This document shows, in pieces, positions 40,026-57,865 of a stretch of 64,000 nucleotides of DNA (positions are counted from its first letter, which is position 1; every line of letters begins with the position of its first letter). Location of the stretch: assembly GCA_963933835.1 (NCBI GenBank), contig CAWVVV010000001.1:256001-320000 (forward strand), written 5' to 3'. Made by a program: the position numbers and the translations under genes. Under the pieces are notes generated by a model. It did no database searches. It was not told the origin of the DNA and was given only the letters and a program-made list of their open reading frames with translations. The DNA comes from an uncultured Puniceicoccaceae bacterium. GTDB lineage: Bacteria > Verrucomicrobiota > Verrucomicrobiia > Opitutales > Oceanipulchritudinaceae.

Positions 40026-42590
40026 ATGTCAACTGAGTTCAAGCCGTATAACCCCTCCGAGATCGAAGCCAAATGGCAGGCGATTTGGGAGAAAGATGGC
40101 ACCTTCGAAACAGAAGGTGTTTCCGCAAAACCGAAATTCTACATTCTCGACATGTTTCCCTACCCTTCGGGCGCTGGGCTGCACGCCGGTCATGCGGAGA
40201 ACTTCACTGGCAGCGACGTCCTCGGACGCTACAAAATGGCTCAGGGCTTCAACGTTCTCCATCCGATGGGCTGGGACGCTTTTGGCCTACCCGCCGAACA
40301 ATACGCCGTTAAGACAGGGACCCACCCCTCGGAGACTACAGCGACAAACATCGGCAACTTCCGTCGTCAGCTCAAAGACCTCGGCTATGCCATCGACTGG
40401 TCGCGTGAGGTTAACACGACTGATCCACAATACTACCGCTGGACGCAGTGGATCTTTGTCCAACTTTTCAAACACGGCCTCGCCTACGTCGATGAACGCC
40501 CGGTGAACTGGTGTCCCGAGCTCGGCACCGTCCTCGCCAATGAAGAAGTGGTCGACGGCAAAAGCGAAGTCGGCGGTCATCCCGTGGAACGCAAAGCACT
40601 CCGCCAATGGGTTCTTCGCATTACCGCTTACGGCGATAAACTCCTCGATGGTCTCAAAACCCTGGACTGGCCAACCTCGACCAAAACCCAGCAAACGAAC
40701 TGGATTGGCCGCAGTTCCGGCGCCGAAGTCGATTTCAAACTCGAAGGCCACGACGAAACCGTCCGCGTTTACACCACTCGCCCCGACACTCTCTTTGGCG
40801 TCACTTACATGGTGATCGCACCCGAGCATCCCCTCGTGGACAGCCTGACAGTAGCTGAGCAAAAGGATGCCGTCGAAGCCTACGTCAAAGCAGCCTCACT
40901 CAAGAGCGACCTCGACCGCACTGAACTAGCGAAAGAAAAAACTGGTGTCTTTTCCGGTTCTTATGCACTTCACCCAATCACCGGCGAACGCCTCCCAGTC
41001 TGGATCGCAGACTACGTGCTAACCAGCTATGGCACCGGCGCGATTATGGCCGTTCCCGGACAAGACGAACGCGACTGGGAATTTGCTGAAACCTTTGACC
41101 TGCCGATCAAGCGGACTGTCCAACCACCCGAAGGGTTTGAGGGCAAAGCCTACTCAGGTGAAGGTCCTGCAATCAACAGTGATTTCCTCGATGGACTCGA
41201 GATCGCCGGAGCAAAAGCTAAGATGATCGCCCACCTTGAAGAGCAGAAAATGGGCGTCCCAAAGATCAACTACAAACTCCGCGACTGGCTGTTCAGTCGC
41301 CAACGTTACTGGGGCGAACCGTTCCCGATTGTCTGGGTCGATGAAAGCGCTTACAAAGCCGCAAAGTCAGCAGGAGGAAATGTTGCGGAGATGCTCCCTC
41401 AAGAGCCCGTCACCTACAAAGAGAACGGTCGATCACTCTACGCCCTACCCGTCCCTCCTAATCAATTACCGGTCACTCTTCCTCCCTCAGAAAATTTCAA
41501 GCCTTCTGGAGATGGACAAAGTCCTTTGGCCAACCTGACCGACTGGGTAGAAGTCTACTACAATACTGCAACAGGCGAAACCGCCTCTGAAGCGACAGGC
41601 CCAGAGTGGGTTTCCGCCAAACGCGAGACGAACACGATGCCGCAGTGGGCTGGCAGCTGCTGGTATTACCTGCGCTACCTCGATCCTAAGAACGAAACAG
41701 CCATCATCGACCCTGAGATCCGCGACTACTGGGGCGTGCCAGACTTCTATATGGGCGGACGCGAACACGCGGTTCTCCACCTCCTCTACGCCCGCTTTTG
41801 GCACCTATTCCTCGTCGACATCGGTGTCCTCAAAGAAGCTGAGCCTTTCACCCGCCTTTTCCACCAAGGGATCATTCTCGGCGAAGACGGCGAAAAAATG
41901 TCTAAAAGCCGAGGCAACGTCGCTAACCCCGATGATTTTCTTCAGACCCACGGCGCCGACGCCTTCCGAACCTATCTCATGTTCATGGGGCCGCTCGAGG
42001 ATTCCAAGCCATGGAAAACAGAAGGCCTCGAAGGTCCGTTCCGTTTTATCAAAAAGGTCTGGCGAGAATTCACCGGCGAATCTAATGGCCTGTCATCAAA
42101 GATCCATGAGCATGGAAAAGAAACTTCCGAGACGCTCAAACAGCTTCATCTCACGATCAAAAAGGTAACGGAAGACATAGAAGCGATCCGTTACAATACG
42201 GCGATCTCTGCTTTGATGATTTGCGTCAATCACCTTGGGAAAGCAGAATCAGTTCACCGGGAAACCGCTTCCACCTTTATTCAACTCCTCGCACCCTTTG
42301 CTCCGCACCTCGCCGAAGAACTTTGGTCGCGCCTCGGGAACAAGGGATCAGTCACCGTCGCGCCATGGCCGAAGCACGATGAATCGCTCCTCGTTTCCAG
42401 CGAAGTTTCGATTGGCGTCCTCATCAACGGCAAGGCCCGTGGCCAGCTGACAGTCAGCAAGACGACAACTCAGGACGAAGCGCTTGATCTGGCCAAAGCT
42501 CAGCCAAAAGTTGCAGCGCACCTCGAAGGGAAAACAATCCGCAAGATCATCTACGTTCCTGGGAAAATCCTCAACCTCGTTGTAGGATAG
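40026..42590 (+). CDS. leuS: Leucine--tRNA ligase
   Basis: [37 protein letters not shown]. Confidence 0.98.
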   Translation: MSTEFKPYNPSEIEAKWQAIWEKDGTFETEGVSAKPKFYILDMFPYPSGAGLHAGHAENFTGSDVLGRYKMAQGFNVLHPMGWDAFGLPAEQYAVKTGTHPSETTATNIGNFRRQLKDLGYAIDWSREVNTTDPQYYRWTQWIFVQLFKHGLAYVDERPVNWCPELGTVLANEEVVDGKSEVGGHPVERKALRQWVLRITAYGDKLLDGLKTLDWPTSTKTQQTNWIGRSSGAEVDFKLEGHDETVRVYTTRPDTLFGVTYMVIAPEHPLVDSLTVAEQKDAVEAYVKAASLKSDLDRTELAKEKTGVFSGSYALHPITGERLPVWIADYVLTSYGTGAIMAVPGQDERDWEFAETFDLPIKRTVQPPEGFEGKAYSGEGPAINSDFLDGLEIAGAKAKMIAHLEEQKMGVPKINYKLRDWLFSRQRYWGEPFPIVWVDESAYKAAKSAGGNVAEMLPQEPVTYKENGRSLYALPVPPNQLPVTLPPSENFKPSGDGQSPLANLTDWVEVYYNTATGETASEATGPEWVSAKRETNTMPQWAGSCWYYLRYLDPKNETAIIDPEIRDYWGVPDFYMGGREHAVLHLLYARFWHLFLVDIGVLKEAEPFTRLFHQGIILGEDGEKMSKSRGNVANPDDFLQTHGADAFRTYLMFMGPLEDSKPWKTEGLEGPFRFIKKVWREFTGESNGLSSKIHEHGKETSETLKQLHLTIKKVTEDIEAIRYNTAISALMICVNHLGKAESVHRETASTFIQLLAPFAPHLAEELWSRLGNKGSVTVAPWPKHDESLLVSSEVSIGVLINGKARGQLTVSKTTTQDEALDLAKAQPKVAAHLEGKTIRKIIYVPGKILNLVVG

Positions 42591-42591
42591 C

Positions 42592-43029
42592 GTCCACGAA
42601 TAACACAAATACTCATTCTACATGGAAGTATTTCACAAGGATTTGGCTTATCAAATTATGGGAGCATGTTTTGAAGTGCACAATTCGATGGGTGCTGGAT
42701 TTTTAGAATCTGTATATCAGGAGTGCTTGGAGATTGAGCTAGAGAAGAGAGACATACTATATGCAGCACAAGAGACCTTGGCGATCGCTTACAAAGGCCA
42801 ACAACTTTCGCAAAAGTATATCCCCCATTTTATTATTGATCAGAAAGTCATTCTAGAAATCAAAGCACTTTCCAATCTCACCCCTGACCACCGTGGCCAA
42901 ACCCTTAACTACTTAAAAGCCACCGGCCTAAAACTAGCCCTCCTCGTAAACTTCGGCTCAATCGACAAACTAGAATCCGAACGCCTAGTTCTCTGAGCCC
43001 ATTCGTTAAAATTCGTGTTATTCGTGGAC
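42592..43029. repeat. 19-bp inverted repeats enclosing the GxxExxY gene
   Basis: GTCCACGAATAACACAAAT (42592-42610) and ATTCGTGTTATTCGTGGAC (43011-43029), 18/19 complementary. Confidence 0.85.
42622..42996 (+). CDS. GxxExxY protein (PD-(D/E)XK nuclease-like family)
   Basis: GACFEVHNSMGAGFLESVYQECL, VILEIKA, QTLNYLKATG..LALLVNFG. Confidence 0.92.
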   Translation: MEVFHKDLAYQIMGACFEVHNSMGAGFLESVYQECLEIELEKRDILYAAQETLAIAYKGQQLSQKYIPHFIIDQKVILEIKALSNLTPDHRGQTLNYLKATGLKLALLVNFGSIDKLESERLVL

Positions 43030-43887
43030 AACCTACCCTCACGCTTCCTCCCTGCTGACTTTGATCCGTCGAAACCGATTGCGGTCGTGGCGGGGCAACG
43101 CGATTATCCGATTCTTGCAGTGGCGAGCATTCGAGCCGCTGGGCTACAGGTTCGCCTTATTGCGTTTGAAGGTGAAACTGATGACGCGCTGTATGAGAGT
43201 TTTGGTGACAGCGAGCGCGCGAAGATAAAGGTCGGCCAAGTAGGCAAGATGCTCAAAGCCCTCCAACGGATGAACTGCGGTTATGCGATTTTTGTAGGGC
43301 AGATCACGCCGGGGCGACTGTTCCGCGACCTAAAGCCAGACCTGAAGGCAATCGCTATGCTCGCGATGCTAAAGGAGCGAAATGCGGAAACGATCTTTGG
43401 CAGTATCGTTGCTGAAGTGCAGAAGGTCGGAGTCTCGATGCTCGATGCCCGAGCCTTCATGGATGACCATCTCGCTTCGGTGGGCCTCATGACGCGCGGG
43501 AAACTCAAAGCCGATCAGGAGCACATAGATTTCGGGGTTCAAAAAGCCCGAGAGATTGCCGCCCTCGACATTGGGCAAGGCGTCGTCGTGCGCAAAGGAA
43601 CCGTTCTCGCGGTAGAAGCTTTCGAAGGGACCGACGACATGCTCGCTCGTGCGAATAAGTATAAGACAGAGAAATTGATTTTCGTTAAAACAAGTAAGCC
43701 CACCCAAAAACCTTTCTTCGACTGGCCCTGCTTCGGCGAAAAGACGCTCGAAACAATGGCGTCCTCCGGCATCTCAACCGCCGCCCTTGAGGCCGACTGT
43801 GCACTCCTTCTCGGCAAGCCGGGGTTAATTGAGAAAGCTAATCAACTTGGGATTGAGCTTATCGGCTACACCACCCAAGATAAATGA
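43015..43887 (+). CDS. lpxI: UDP-2,3-diacylglucosamine pyrophosphatase LpxI (start uncertain)
   Basis: VAGQRDYP, KVGQVGK, LDIGQGVVV, AVEAFEGTD motifs. Confidence 0.85.
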   Translation: MLFVDNLPSRFLPADFDPSKPIAVVAGQRDYPILAVASIRAAGLQVRLIAFEGETDDALYESFGDSERAKIKVGQVGKMLKALQRMNCGYAIFVGQITPGRLFRDLKPDLKAIAMLAMLKERNAETIFGSIVAEVQKVGVSMLDARAFMDDHLASVGLMTRGKLKADQEHIDFGVQKAREIAALDIGQGVVVRKGTVLAVEAFEGTDDMLARANKYKTEKLIFVKTSKPTQKPFFDWPCFGEKTLETMASSGISTAALEADCALLLGKPGLIEKANQLGIELIGYTTQDK

Positions 43888-44537
43888 GTTCCATTATGAA
43901 TAAAGCCCTTACACTCCTCATTCTAGCCTTCAGTGGAGCCCTCAGCTCTGCGCAAATCGTTTTCGAAGAGAAGGTCATCGAGCACACAGCGACGGTTGAC
44001 GAATCTAATTTCGCCGCCGTTTTCAAATTCCAGAACGTGGGCGATGACACGATCGAAATCAAGAAGCCCTCTTCGTCCTGCGGCTGCACTGTTCCGAGTC
44101 TCGAGAAGACGACTTACGCACCCGGCGAAGAAGGTGAGATTACGGCAGTTTTTTCCTACGGCACACGTTCTGGCACACAGCACAAGACGGTAACCGTTCC
44201 GACCTCCAAAGGCACCCATGAGCTAGCCCTCACGGTCGACATCCCTCTTCGCTACTCCCTCGACGTCCGCCTCCTCCATTGGAAAAAATCGGAGGTAATG
44301 GCGCCAAAAACGGCCAATTTCCAATTCCACGTCGACCTACCAGTCGAGCTTATTGGACACACCGTCAACGAGGCACACTACAATCTCGACTTAAAGATCT
44401 CGCCAGAAAGTGGTATTGTAACCGCGACAATCCGACCCACTGCAAACGCTCCGGCAAAGATCAACCGAACCGACTGGGAGTTCAAAACTGCGAGCGGAAA
44501 GATCTATAAAATTCCGCTCTACATTCGGGTTTATTGA
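43884..44537 (+). CDS. DUF1573-domain secreted protein
   Basis: Signal peptide; FKFQNVGD..I....SSCGCTVP......APGEEGEI. Confidence 0.85.
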   Translation: MSSIMNKALTLLILAFSGALSSAQIVFEEKVIEHTATVDESNFAAVFKFQNVGDDTIEIKKPSSSCGCTVPSLEKTTYAPGEEGEITAVFSYGTRSGTQHKTVTVPTSKGTHELALTVDIPLRYSLDVRLLHWKKSEVMAPKTANFQFHVDLPVELIGHTVNEAHYNLDLKISPESGIVTATIRPTANAPAKINRTDWEFKTASGKIYKIPLYIRVY

Positions 44538-44593
44538 AGTACCGACAAAGCGTTACTTACTAGTGCGAGATAGATACATTTTAACCCGCCAGC

Positions 44594-45895
44594 ATGTTTG
44601 ACGTTCGCGAGAAACCCAAATTCGTCGAACGCGCATTACTCGTTGGAGCTTTTCTTGCGAAAGAATCCGAGGATCGGACGATCACCCTTTTGGAGGAGCT
44701 GGAAGAGCTCGTTACAACCCTGGGAATTAATATCGGCGGCACAATGCTGGCCAAGGTCCGTCAGCCGAATCCAAAGCTGCTCGTAGGCACCGGAAAAGCG
44801 GATGAGATCATCGCTCGCGCACTGGCTGAGGAATGCGACTGCATCGTCTTTGACGCCGAGCTCACGCCCGGCCAACAGCGCAACTGGGAAGCTCTGAGTA
44901 AGCTTTGTGTGATCGATCGGCAGGAAGTCATCCTAGATATTTTCCGTGAGCGTGCCCAGACAAAGGAAGCTGTTCTCCAGGTTGAACTTGCCCGGGCCCA
45001 GCATTCCTTGCCTCGCTTGAAAAATGCGTGGACCCACCTGAGTCGGCAGCGCGGCGGTGGTGGTGTGACACAGCGCGGCGAAGGTGAAGCCCAGATCGAG
45101 CTCGATCAGCGCATGGTCAGAGACAGCATTGCCGCCCTCAGAAAAGAGCTCGATGTCGTCGTAAAACAGCGCCATGTCCAACGTCACCAGCGTCAACGAG
45201 TGCCACTACCGACCGGAGCCATCGTTGGTTATACAAATGCTGGTAAGTCGACCCTACTAAATCGGCTCACGGGAGCCGATGTCGTGGTCGAAGATAAACT
45301 CTTCGCCACCCTCGATCCAACGACACGGCAGCTGATCCTCCCACGTGGTCAGAAACTACTCCTGACCGACACCGTAGGCTTTGTAAGACGTCTACCGCAC
45401 AGTCTGATTGAAGCCTTCAAGGCGACGCTCGAAGAATCCGTCCAGAGTGATTTCTTAATACATGTCTTAGATCTAACGAACCCTGATCTCGCTGAACATT
45501 TCGAGACGACTTGCAAGGTCCTTGAGGAACTCGGTGTGGGCGAAAAGCCCAGTATCTACGTCTACAACAAGGTCGATGGCTTAGATCTGAAGTCAGGCGA
45601 ACTACCCGCAGCACTCGTCGGTTCAGAGTTGCCGACAAAGGATGCACTCTTCGTCAGCGCGATGACCGGAGACGGAATCCCAGCGCTGCTCGAATCGATC
45701 GAAAAGCTTCTTTCCAAAACCCGGCGCACAGTCGAACTACTCGTCCCGCATTCCCGCTACGATATCATCAACAAGCTCCACCAAGCCGGTGCCATTCGAC
45801 ACGAGGATGCAAAGGAGGATGGTGTCCATATTGTCGCTTTAATTCCACCCAGTCTCGAAGGCCTTATCACCGACTTTTGCACTACTGTGAATTAG
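44594..45895 (+). CDS. hflX: Ribosome-splitting GTPase HflX
   Basis: ILDIF..RA, GYTNAGKST, LFATLDPT, DTVGF, FKATLEE, NKVD. Confidence 0.96.
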   Translation: MFDVREKPKFVERALLVGAFLAKESEDRTITLLEELEELVTTLGINIGGTMLAKVRQPNPKLLVGTGKADEIIARALAEECDCIVFDAELTPGQQRNWEALSKLCVIDRQEVILDIFRERAQTKEAVLQVELARAQHSLPRLKNAWTHLSRQRGGGGVTQRGEGEAQIELDQRMVRDSIAALRKELDVVVKQRHVQRHQRQRVPLPTGAIVGYTNAGKSTLLNRLTGADVVVEDKLFATLDPTTRQLILPRGQKLLLTDTVGFVRRLPHSLIEAFKATLEESVQSDFLIHVLDLTNPDLAEHFETTCKVLEELGVGEKPSIYVYNKVDGLDLKSGELPAALVGSELPTKDALFVSAMTGDGIPALLESIEKLLSKTRRTVELLVPHSRYDIINKLHQAGAIRHEDAKEDGVHIVALIPPSLEGLITDFCTTVN

Positions 45896-46102
45896 GAACC
45901 GATTTCACGTTAAAGAGGACGCCTGACGGCCGCCAAGGTGTATAGCACATCTATTGATCAGATTATAAGGCCACCTACATTCCACCATTAGGGTAGACTC
46001 TAGGCACTCATCATTTCGTTTTTGTCTTGGGCATAGCGATAAGCTTAACTAATTATTATGCCATACTTAATAAGCATAATTAATTATTAATAGCTATACA
46101 TA

Positions 46103-46780
46103 ATGACGATTAAAAGCGTAATACTCGCATCCTCGCTCTTAGGAATTTTCCTTTCAGGTGCAAATTTAGGCTACGCTCGAGACGACATTCAATGGTGGCA
46201 ATGGCTCAATCTGAACCTAATGGAAGAAGGGCCTCATAAAATCCATCTATACTTGGACAATCGTATAGTGGAAGATGTCACAGAGGAAAGACTTTGGCTC
46301 GCGAGCATCGGCTACAAGTATCAAGCCAGTAAGCGAACCCAGATTGGCTTGGGCTACACCTACCTCGATATACGCAATATCGCGCAAGACACCTGGATGC
46401 ACCGGCAACGACTTGAATTGGAGGTTAGCCACGAAACAAAGCTCAACGCATCGCTGAAGCTTCACTTGCGCAACCGGATCGAAATTTGGTGGGACGAAGA
46501 TGAAAATACCGACGAATATCGCTCCCGTCACCGTATCCAACTAAGTCATCCACTTTCTATTGGAAAACTCTACAAGATCTATACTAATACCGAAGTCTTC
46601 TATAACTACGAACGAGATCTTCTTAGCCAAGTGCGGACCATACCCGTCGGCCTCGGCTTTAAATTGAGCAAAGCAACCCAGCTCAGTATTTTTTATATGA
46701 TACAATCCAATCGGGCGACGAATGGAATGCCTTGGTCACACAACCACGCAATAGGGACACACCTTAACCACACTTTTTAA
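46103..46780 (+). CDS. DUF2490-like outer-membrane beta-barrel protein
   Basis: Signal peptide, DIQWW, LGYTY, RNRIE, RSRHR, terminal Phe. Confidence 0.75.
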   Translation: MTIKSVILASSLLGIFLSGANLGYARDDIQWWQWLNLNLMEEGPHKIHLYLDNRIVEDVTEERLWLASIGYKYQASKRTQIGLGYTYLDIRNIAQDTWMHRQRLELEVSHETKLNASLKLHLRNRIEIWWDEDENTDEYRSRHRIQLSHPLSIGKLYKIYTNTEVFYNYERDLLSQVRTIPVGLGFKLSKATQLSIFYMIQSNRATNGMPWSHNHAIGTHLNHTF

Positions 46781-46800
46781 ATACATTTACCTGAAGGATC

Positions 46801-47139
46801 ATGAGGATCAGCAAACAAACGATCGGACTTATCGCAGGACTGACAGCTCTGGCGGCTCCATCCTTCATCCCTCTAGGATCACTCAGCCTCGAAGGTCAAA
46901 TTGCGCTGGGGATCTTTCTGATGGCAGGAATTTTCTGGATTCTAGAACCCATCCCTATCTACGCGACCTCCATGGTGGTTATCCTTCTGCAAGTCTTTCT
47001 CCTCAGTGATAAAGGTCTCACTCTGGACTACCTAGGGAATTATAAACCTCAGCCATACACCGCTTTCTACGGCACACTCGCTAGCCCGATCATTATTTTA
47101 TTTCTGGGGGGCTTTCCCCTCGCTGCGGCAGCGGTCAAA
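46801..47139 (+). pseudogene. SLC13/DASS permease, N-terminal fragment only
   Basis: FWILEPIPIYATS, LASPIIILFLGGF.LAAAAVK; similarity ends after about 113 codons and the frame stops at 47196. Confidence 0.8.
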
Positions 47140-47141
47140 TC

Positions 47142-47828
47142 GCAAAAGATTATCCTCGATTTGCTCGAAAGCTGGTACGGCGCCTCTCAGGATTAGATAC
47201 TGCCAGCTGGGTCCTTCTAGGGCTGACTCCAAACAGCTCACCCGACCTGAATACGCTCGAACGCGACCTAGACTTTCTTGATCTGGGAATTGACCTGCGC
47301 AGCATCCGCTTATCTTCAGGGCGTATCAGCAAGCTCATCGCCAGCCTAAAAAACTATGCTGCCCCAGGTAAAGGAGACTGGGAAAAGATCGATGCTCTCG
47401 AGGGGATCAAAGACACTCTAACCGTCTTAAATAGCAGTCTCCACCCATACCGTCTCCATACAGACTTATCACCCCTTGAGCCCGTTCGGGGCATCGCTAG
47501 CGAACTAAATCAGGTTTGGACAAATCTCCTAGTCAACGCCTGCCAGGCGACTCAGCCCAATGGTGAAATCTGGATATCAACCCAAAGCACTCCTAAAGGT
47601 ATCGTGGTATCCATTTCCGATAGTGGGAGTGGTATAGATCCAGACTACATCGAACAGATATTCGAAATGAATTTCACGACAAAGAAGACCAAATCAAATT
47701 TCGGGCTGGGACTAGGACTTTCTATTTCTAAAGAGATCATCGAAAAACACGGTGGTCAGATTCGCGCTTCCAATCGAAAAGACGGCGGCGCTTGTTTCGA
47801 AGTCCTTCTTCCTACAAGAGGCGCGTAG
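47142..47828 (+). pseudogene. Histidine kinase C-terminal fragment (HATPase_c) without start or H-box
   Basis: Frame open from 47142: RISKLIASLKNYA...ELNQVWTNLLVNACQA...DSGSGI...FTTK...GLGLGLSIS; the only start in the ORF track is the late GTG at 47604. Confidence 0.8.
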
Positions 47829-47895
47829 AGGCAGTTTCTGTTTTACCTCTACTGAAAGACACCCGATCAAGTATTTCACAGTGCCGCTTGGATAC

Positions 47896-47930
47896 AAAAA
47901 AACCGCGAGCCCAGTAAAGGACCCGCGGTT
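47896..47930 (-). terminator. Probable terminator after rpoC
   Basis: AACCGCG...CGCGGTT imperfect stem with an A-tract on its left. Confidence 0.6.
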
Positions 47931-47954
47931 GAAATGTTTAGCTAACTGCTAGGA

Positions 47955-52082
<4,128 letters not shown>

Positions 52083-52121
52083 AGTGTTAATTCTTTAAAG
52101 TTCTGAGTGGTGAGAGGTGGC

Positions 52122-55901
<3,780 letters not shown>

Positions 55902-55950
55902 GGTAGTGGGTCTTCTAGATTATTGCGGTGAGAAAGGTAACGATGCGAAG

Positions 55951-56048
55951 TCGGGAGCACCGCAAAACGGTGCTTCCGACGACGCATTGATCATGAACAA
56001 AAATGAAAACAAACAACCAGACCGCATCCTGTGGATGCGATCTGGTTG
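55951..56048 (-). promoter_or_regulatory. Two hairpins in the rplL-rpoB intergenic region (attenuator/terminator-like)
   Basis: CAACCAGACCGCATCC/GGATGCGATCTGGTTG followed by a U-rich tract on the minus strand; GTCGGGAGCACCG-caaaa-CGGTGCTTCCGAC. Confidence 0.6.
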
Positions 56049-56084
56049 TCGGAAAAACTGGATAAAATGTAAGCTTCCAGGAGT

Positions 56085-56468
56085 TTACTTGATTTCGACT
56101 TCGGCGCCAGTGGCTTCGAGTTTCTTTTTAACTTCTTCAGCATCGTCCTTCGTAGTGGCTTCCTTGACTGCCTTAGGAGCACCTTCAACGAGGTCTTTCG
56201 CTTCCTTGAGACCGAGACCAGTGATGCTACGAACTTCCTTGATAACAGCGATCTTGTTTCCGCCGAAGCTCTTCAAGATAACGTTGAATTCAGTTTGTTC
56301 TTCGGTCGCACCAGCGTCACCGCCAGCAACTGGTCCAGCAGCAACAGCAACAGGTGCTGCAGCACTAACGCCCCATTTTTCTTCGAGGTCCTTAACGAGA
56401 CCAGCGATATCGAGAACGGATTGGCCGGAGAGCCATTCGATTACATCTTCTTTTGTAATGTCTGCCAT
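56085..56468 (-). CDS. rplL: 50S ribosomal protein L7/L12
   Basis: [33 protein letters not shown]. Confidence 0.98.
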   Translation of the reverse strand: MADITKEDVIEWLSGQSVLDIAGLVKDLEEKWGVSAAAPVAVAAGPVAGGDAGATEEQTEFNVILKSFGGNKIAVIKEVRSITGLGLKEAKDLVEGAPKAVKEATTKDDAEEVKKKLEATGAEVEIK

Positions 56469-56581
56469 GATATTGATTTTCCTTTGGATCAGTTAGCGCT
56501 ACTTTGGCGACTTGCCTTTTCGTCGTTTAAGGGACTACCCCCCTAACTGAAGCTTTTAGGTAAAGTATAAGGTGAGAGAAC

Positions 56582-57097
56582 TTACCCTTCGTCTTTGTCC
56601 GCTTTCGCTTGGAGGACGTTCAAGAGACCTTCTGGAACTGCTTGAGCGATCCGAACCATCTGCGTGGCTGGAGTGTTGAGAAGAGCGAGGAGTTGTGCTT
56701 TGAGCACCTCGACAGGAGGTAGCTTAGCGAGCTGTGAAATCTCATCTATTGTGAGCGCACCTTTTTCAAGAATGCCCCCCTTAAGTTCGATTTTCTTATT
56801 ATCCTTAAAGAACTTCTCGAGTGCTTTCGCTACGCCGGGAGCATTGCTGCCACCCACAACGATTGCCGTCGGTCCTTTAAGTTGATCATCGAGATCCGGA
56901 TACTCGCGCGCGGAAGCAGCAAGCTTAAGGATGCGGTTCTTTACAACGTGGAACTCAGCGCCGTGCTCTGCGAGGATCTGGCGGAGTTCTTCGGTTTCGA
57001 TAACCGTGATGCGTGTAAAGTCTGCGAGAAAAACGTAGTCTGATTGGTCGAGCCAATCGCCGGTTTCTTCAACGAGGTATTTCTTTTCTTCCTGCAT
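56582..57097 (-). CDS. rplJ: 50S ribosomal protein L10
   Basis: VVKNRIL, LKGPTAI, LAKLP; position between rplA and rplL. Confidence 0.95.
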   Translation of the reverse strand: MQEEKKYLVEETGDWLDQSDYVFLADFTRITVIETEELRQILAEHGAEFHVVKNRILKLAASAREYPDLDDQLKGPTAIVVGGSNAPGVAKALEKFFKDNKKIELKGGILEKGALTIDEISQLAKLPPVEVLKAQLLALLNTPATQMVRIAQAVPEGLLNVLQAKADKDEG

Positions 57098-57111
57098 GGA
57101 TCGGTCTTCCT

Positions 57112-57810
57112 TTAGTGGTTAGGATAGAGGGCTTGGTCGAGACGGATGCTTGGAGTCATCGTCCCACAGATCGCCATCGTCTTGATGTAGCGAGCACCTT
57201 TGAGGCCATCAGGACGCAATTTCGCAACTGCATCGATGACGGCTTGGATGTTCTCCGCGAGCTGTTCACCAGCGAACGAACGTTTGCCAACGATAACAGC
57301 CATATTGGCTGTCTTATCCATTTTGAATTCAACACGCCCACCCTGCTTGATGTCTTTGAGCGCAGCGGCGATATCGTCTGTCACCGTGCCAGATTTCGGA
57401 TTCGGCATCAGGCCACGAGGTCCGAGAACCCGAGCTGCCTTACGCACTTCCTTCATCCCAGCGACGGTCGACACAGCGACGTCAAAGTCGAGCCAACCGC
57501 CCATGACTTTCTCAATGAGCTCAGTCATACCAGCTTCGTCTGCGCCTGCAGCCTTCGCCGCTTCGACGTCATCGGTAAAGACGATCACGCGGACAGTCTT
57601 ACCGCTGCCATTTGGCAGGTTAAGTGTCCCTCGAATCATTTGATTACTCATGCGAGGATCAACACCGAGGTTGATCGAGAGTTCGACTGTCTCGTCGAAC
57701 TTCGCTTTGGGAAAACGTGCGAGCGTTTCCACCGCTTCTGGAAGCGGATAGTATTTCATACGGTCGACGTGCTCTTGCGCGCTCCGAATGCGTTTAGATA
57801 ATTTAGGCAT
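57112..57810 (-). CDS. rplA: 50S ribosomal protein L1
   Basis: KFDETVE, LGVDPR, VLGPRGLMPNPKSGTVT. Confidence 0.98.
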   Translation of the reverse strand: MPKLSKRIRSAQEHVDRMKYYPLPEAVETLARFPKAKFDETVELSINLGVDPRMSNQMIRGTLNLPNGSGKTVRVIVFTDDVEAAKAAGADEAGMTELIEKVMGGWLDFDVAVSTVAGMKEVRKAARVLGPRGLMPNPKSGTVTDDIAAALKDIKQGGRVEFKMDKTANMAVIVGKRSFAGEQLAENIQAVIDAVAKLRPDGLKGARYIKTMAICGTMTPSIRLDQALYPNH

Positions 57811-57865
57811 ATGTATTCAACTCCCTCGTTGAGGTTCGATCGTTGAGATTGATCAGAAAAAAAAA

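Noticed and set aside
46040..46095. Pho-box-like 11-bp periodic TTAA repeats before the DUF2490-like gene
   Set aside because: Only two good copies in a very AT-rich tract; could be chance
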